This document shows positions 61,565 through 64,000 of a stretch of DNA of 64,000 bases, in pieces. Position numbers and translations under genes: made by a program. This DNA comes from Mobula hypostoma. Taxonomy: Eukaryota. The notes under the pieces were generated by a model. The model had not been told where the DNA came from. It saw only the letters and a list, made by a program, of their open reading frames with translations, and made no database searches. Numbering within the stretch: the stretch's first letter is position 1; each line of letters begins with the position of its first letter. The DNA lies in contig NC_086108.1 of assembly GCF_963921235.1 (NCBI RefSeq), positions 104,720,001-104,784,000 on the forward strand, read 5' to 3'.

Positions 61565-63350
61565 TCCTAGAGAATCCTGCATCAGGACTCCCAAATCAAA
61601 ACCATTAACATACAACATAAAAAAGAATCAGTCCCAACACAGATCCATGTGGAACACCACTAGTCACTGGCAGCCAACCAGAAAAGTCTCCCTTTATTCT
61701 CAGTCTTTGCTGACTGCCAATCAGCCACTGCTTTATCCATGCCAGAATATTCCCTGTAATAACATGGGCTGGTAGCTTTTTAAACAGCTTTATGTGTGGC
61801 ACCTTGTCAAATGCGTTCTGAAAATCCAAGTACACAACATCAACTGATTTTCCTTTGTCTATCCTGCTTGCTATTTCTTCAAAAAATTTCAACAGATTTG
61901 TCAGGCAAGATTTTCTCTTGAAAAAACCATGCTGACAATGGCTTATGTTATCATGTGCCTCCAAGTACCCTGAGACCTCATCCTTAATAATCAGCACCAA
62001 CATCTTCCCATACACTGAGTTAGATCTAATTGGCCTATAGTTTCCTTTCTTTTGCCTTTCTCTGTTGTCGAAGAGTGTCGTGACATTTGCAATTTTCCAG
62101 TCTTCTGGAACATTTCCAGAATCTAGTGATTCTTGAAAGATCATTACTAATGCCTCCACGATCTCTTCAGCCGCTTCTTTCAGAACATCTGATCCAGGTG
62201 ACTTATCTACCATCAGACCATTCTGTTTTCCAAGAACATTCACTCTAGTTACGGTAACTTCACACACTTCATGACTCCGACACCTGGAACTTCCACCATA
62301 CTGCTGGTGCCTTCCACAGTGAAGACTGATGCAAAATACTTATTCAGTTCCTCCGCCCTTTTTGGTGTCCCCCATTACTACCTCTCTAGCATCGTTTTCC
62401 AATGGTCTAATATCCAATCTTGCCTGTCTTTTACCCCTTATGTATCTGAGGAAACTTTTGGAATTCCTTTTAATATTAGTGGCTAGCTTACTTACTTTCG
62501 CATTCCATCTTTACCCTCTTAATGACTTTTTATTTGCCTTCTGTTGGCTTTTAAAAGCTTCCCAATCCTCTAACTTGCCACTAATTTTTGCTCTGTTATG
62601 TGCCTTCGCTTTGGTTTTTATGTTGGCTTTGACTTCTCTCATTAGCCATGGTTATGTCATATTGCCTTTAGAATTCTTCTTGCTCGTTGGGATGTCTACA
62701 TCCTGTGCCTTCCGAATTGCTTCCAGAAATTCCAGCTATTACTGCTCTTCCGTCATTTCTGCCAGTGTTATTTCCAATCAATTGTGTATACAATGCAGAA
62801 TTCCAAACTTTGCAGATGATGAAAAAATTCAGCAGAGTTGAACAGAGTAGAGAATTCATGGGAATAGAATCATAGAGTCATAGAAAAGTACAGAATAGAA
62901 ACAGGCCCTTCAGCTCATCTAGCCTGTGCTGAACCATTTCAATTGCCTGCTCTCATTGACCTGCACCGGGACCATAGCCCTCTATACCACCACCATCAAT
63001 GTAGCTATGCTAACTTCTTTTAAAAGTTGAAATTGAACTTGCATGCACCACTTACACTGGCAGCTCGTTCCACAGTCTAAGTGAAGAATTTGCCCCTCAT
63101 GTTCCCCTTTAGATTTTCACCTTTCACCCTTAACCCATGACCTCTGGTTGTATTCCACCCAACTTCAGTGGGAAAAAAGGCCTGCTTACATTTGCCCTAT
63201 CTATACCCTTCATAATTTTGTAAACCTCTAACAGTTCTCCTTTCAATCTCCTACATTTCAAGGAATAAAGTCCTAACCTATTCAGCCTTTTATTTTAACT
63301 CCATTCTTGGCAACATCCTTGTAAATTTTCTCTGTACTCTTTCATCCTTG
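61565..63350 (-). mobile_element. CR1 ORF2 fragment (61565-62780) and CR1 3' end (62860-63350)
   Basis: ORF 61605-62267 VPEDWKIANVT...YLDFQNAFDKVPH...SGVPHGSVLG. Confidence 0.85.
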
Positions 63351-64000
63351 AAGATGAATTGTTGATGGATGAGAGTTCAGTGAAAATCCCTCTCACTGCT
63401 TCCTCTCTGTGGATTCAGGACTGTGTACAGTATACATACTATGATAATCAATGTGCTTTGAAACTTTGCTTTTACTCTGGCTTCTCTTTTCCTTTCCAGT
63501 TCTGATGAAGGGAAATGTAGACTGTTTGTTTCTCTCTTTAGATGCTGAGTTCCTCCAGCATTTTGTTTATATTGCTCTAGATTTCCAACGCCAGCAGAAT
63601 CTTTCAGAATGATTTGCTACTTCTCTGCGAAGTCTCTTCGAGGTAGGCCTACCCTGAAGAAGTTTAAAACTTCTCTTCGGTGGTCTCTGCCACTCGTATC
63701 TGGTTTCTTCTCTCTTCCTTTCCAGTGCTGAAATTTGACTGTTTATTCCTCTCCATAGTTTCTGGCTGAGCTGCTGAGTTCCTCCAGCATTTTGTGTGTG
63801 CTCTTGTTGGATTGTTGTGCTGGTAATTGGTTTATTACTGTCATAAGTACTGAAGTACAGTGGAAAAGCTGTTATGCATGCCATCTACGCAGATTATTTC
63901 ATCACATCAGTAGACCGAGGATATACAAGGGAATATAGAACATATATTCAGAAAGAGGTGGCTGAAGAGATTGTGGAGGAATTATTAATGATCTTTCAAG

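Overview
Eukaryotic, repeat-saturated vertebrate DNA, most likely from a cartilaginous fish (shark or ray). This is inferred from the dominance of CR1/HER1-type LINEs and V-SINE/HE1-type SINEs. I could not recognise any host protein-coding exon: every recognisable ORF belongs to a decayed transposon. The window holds many nested CR1 LINEs (three near full length), Rex1/Babar fragments, two Penelope-like (PLE) families, a young CsRN1-like Gypsy provirus (32860-37208), an internally deleted Mag-like Gypsy, an internally deleted HERO-like element, Tc1-type MITEs, SINEs and non-autonomous RTE-tailed elements. The most interesting signals are at the RNA level. (1) A non-coding RTE-tailed element begins exactly at nucleotide +1 of a complete HDV-like ribozyme fold with an unusual hairpin inside L3 (1702-1895, minus strand). 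(2) Minimal hammerhead cores sit in the PLE termini, and three TSD-flanked head-to-head palindromic mini-elements are built from those termini. (3) An unassigned ~120-nt nested hairpin has only G-U wobbles on the + strand (12970-13088). Boundaries of old repeats are approximate (read by eye); TSD, LTR and ribozyme coordinates were counted directly.
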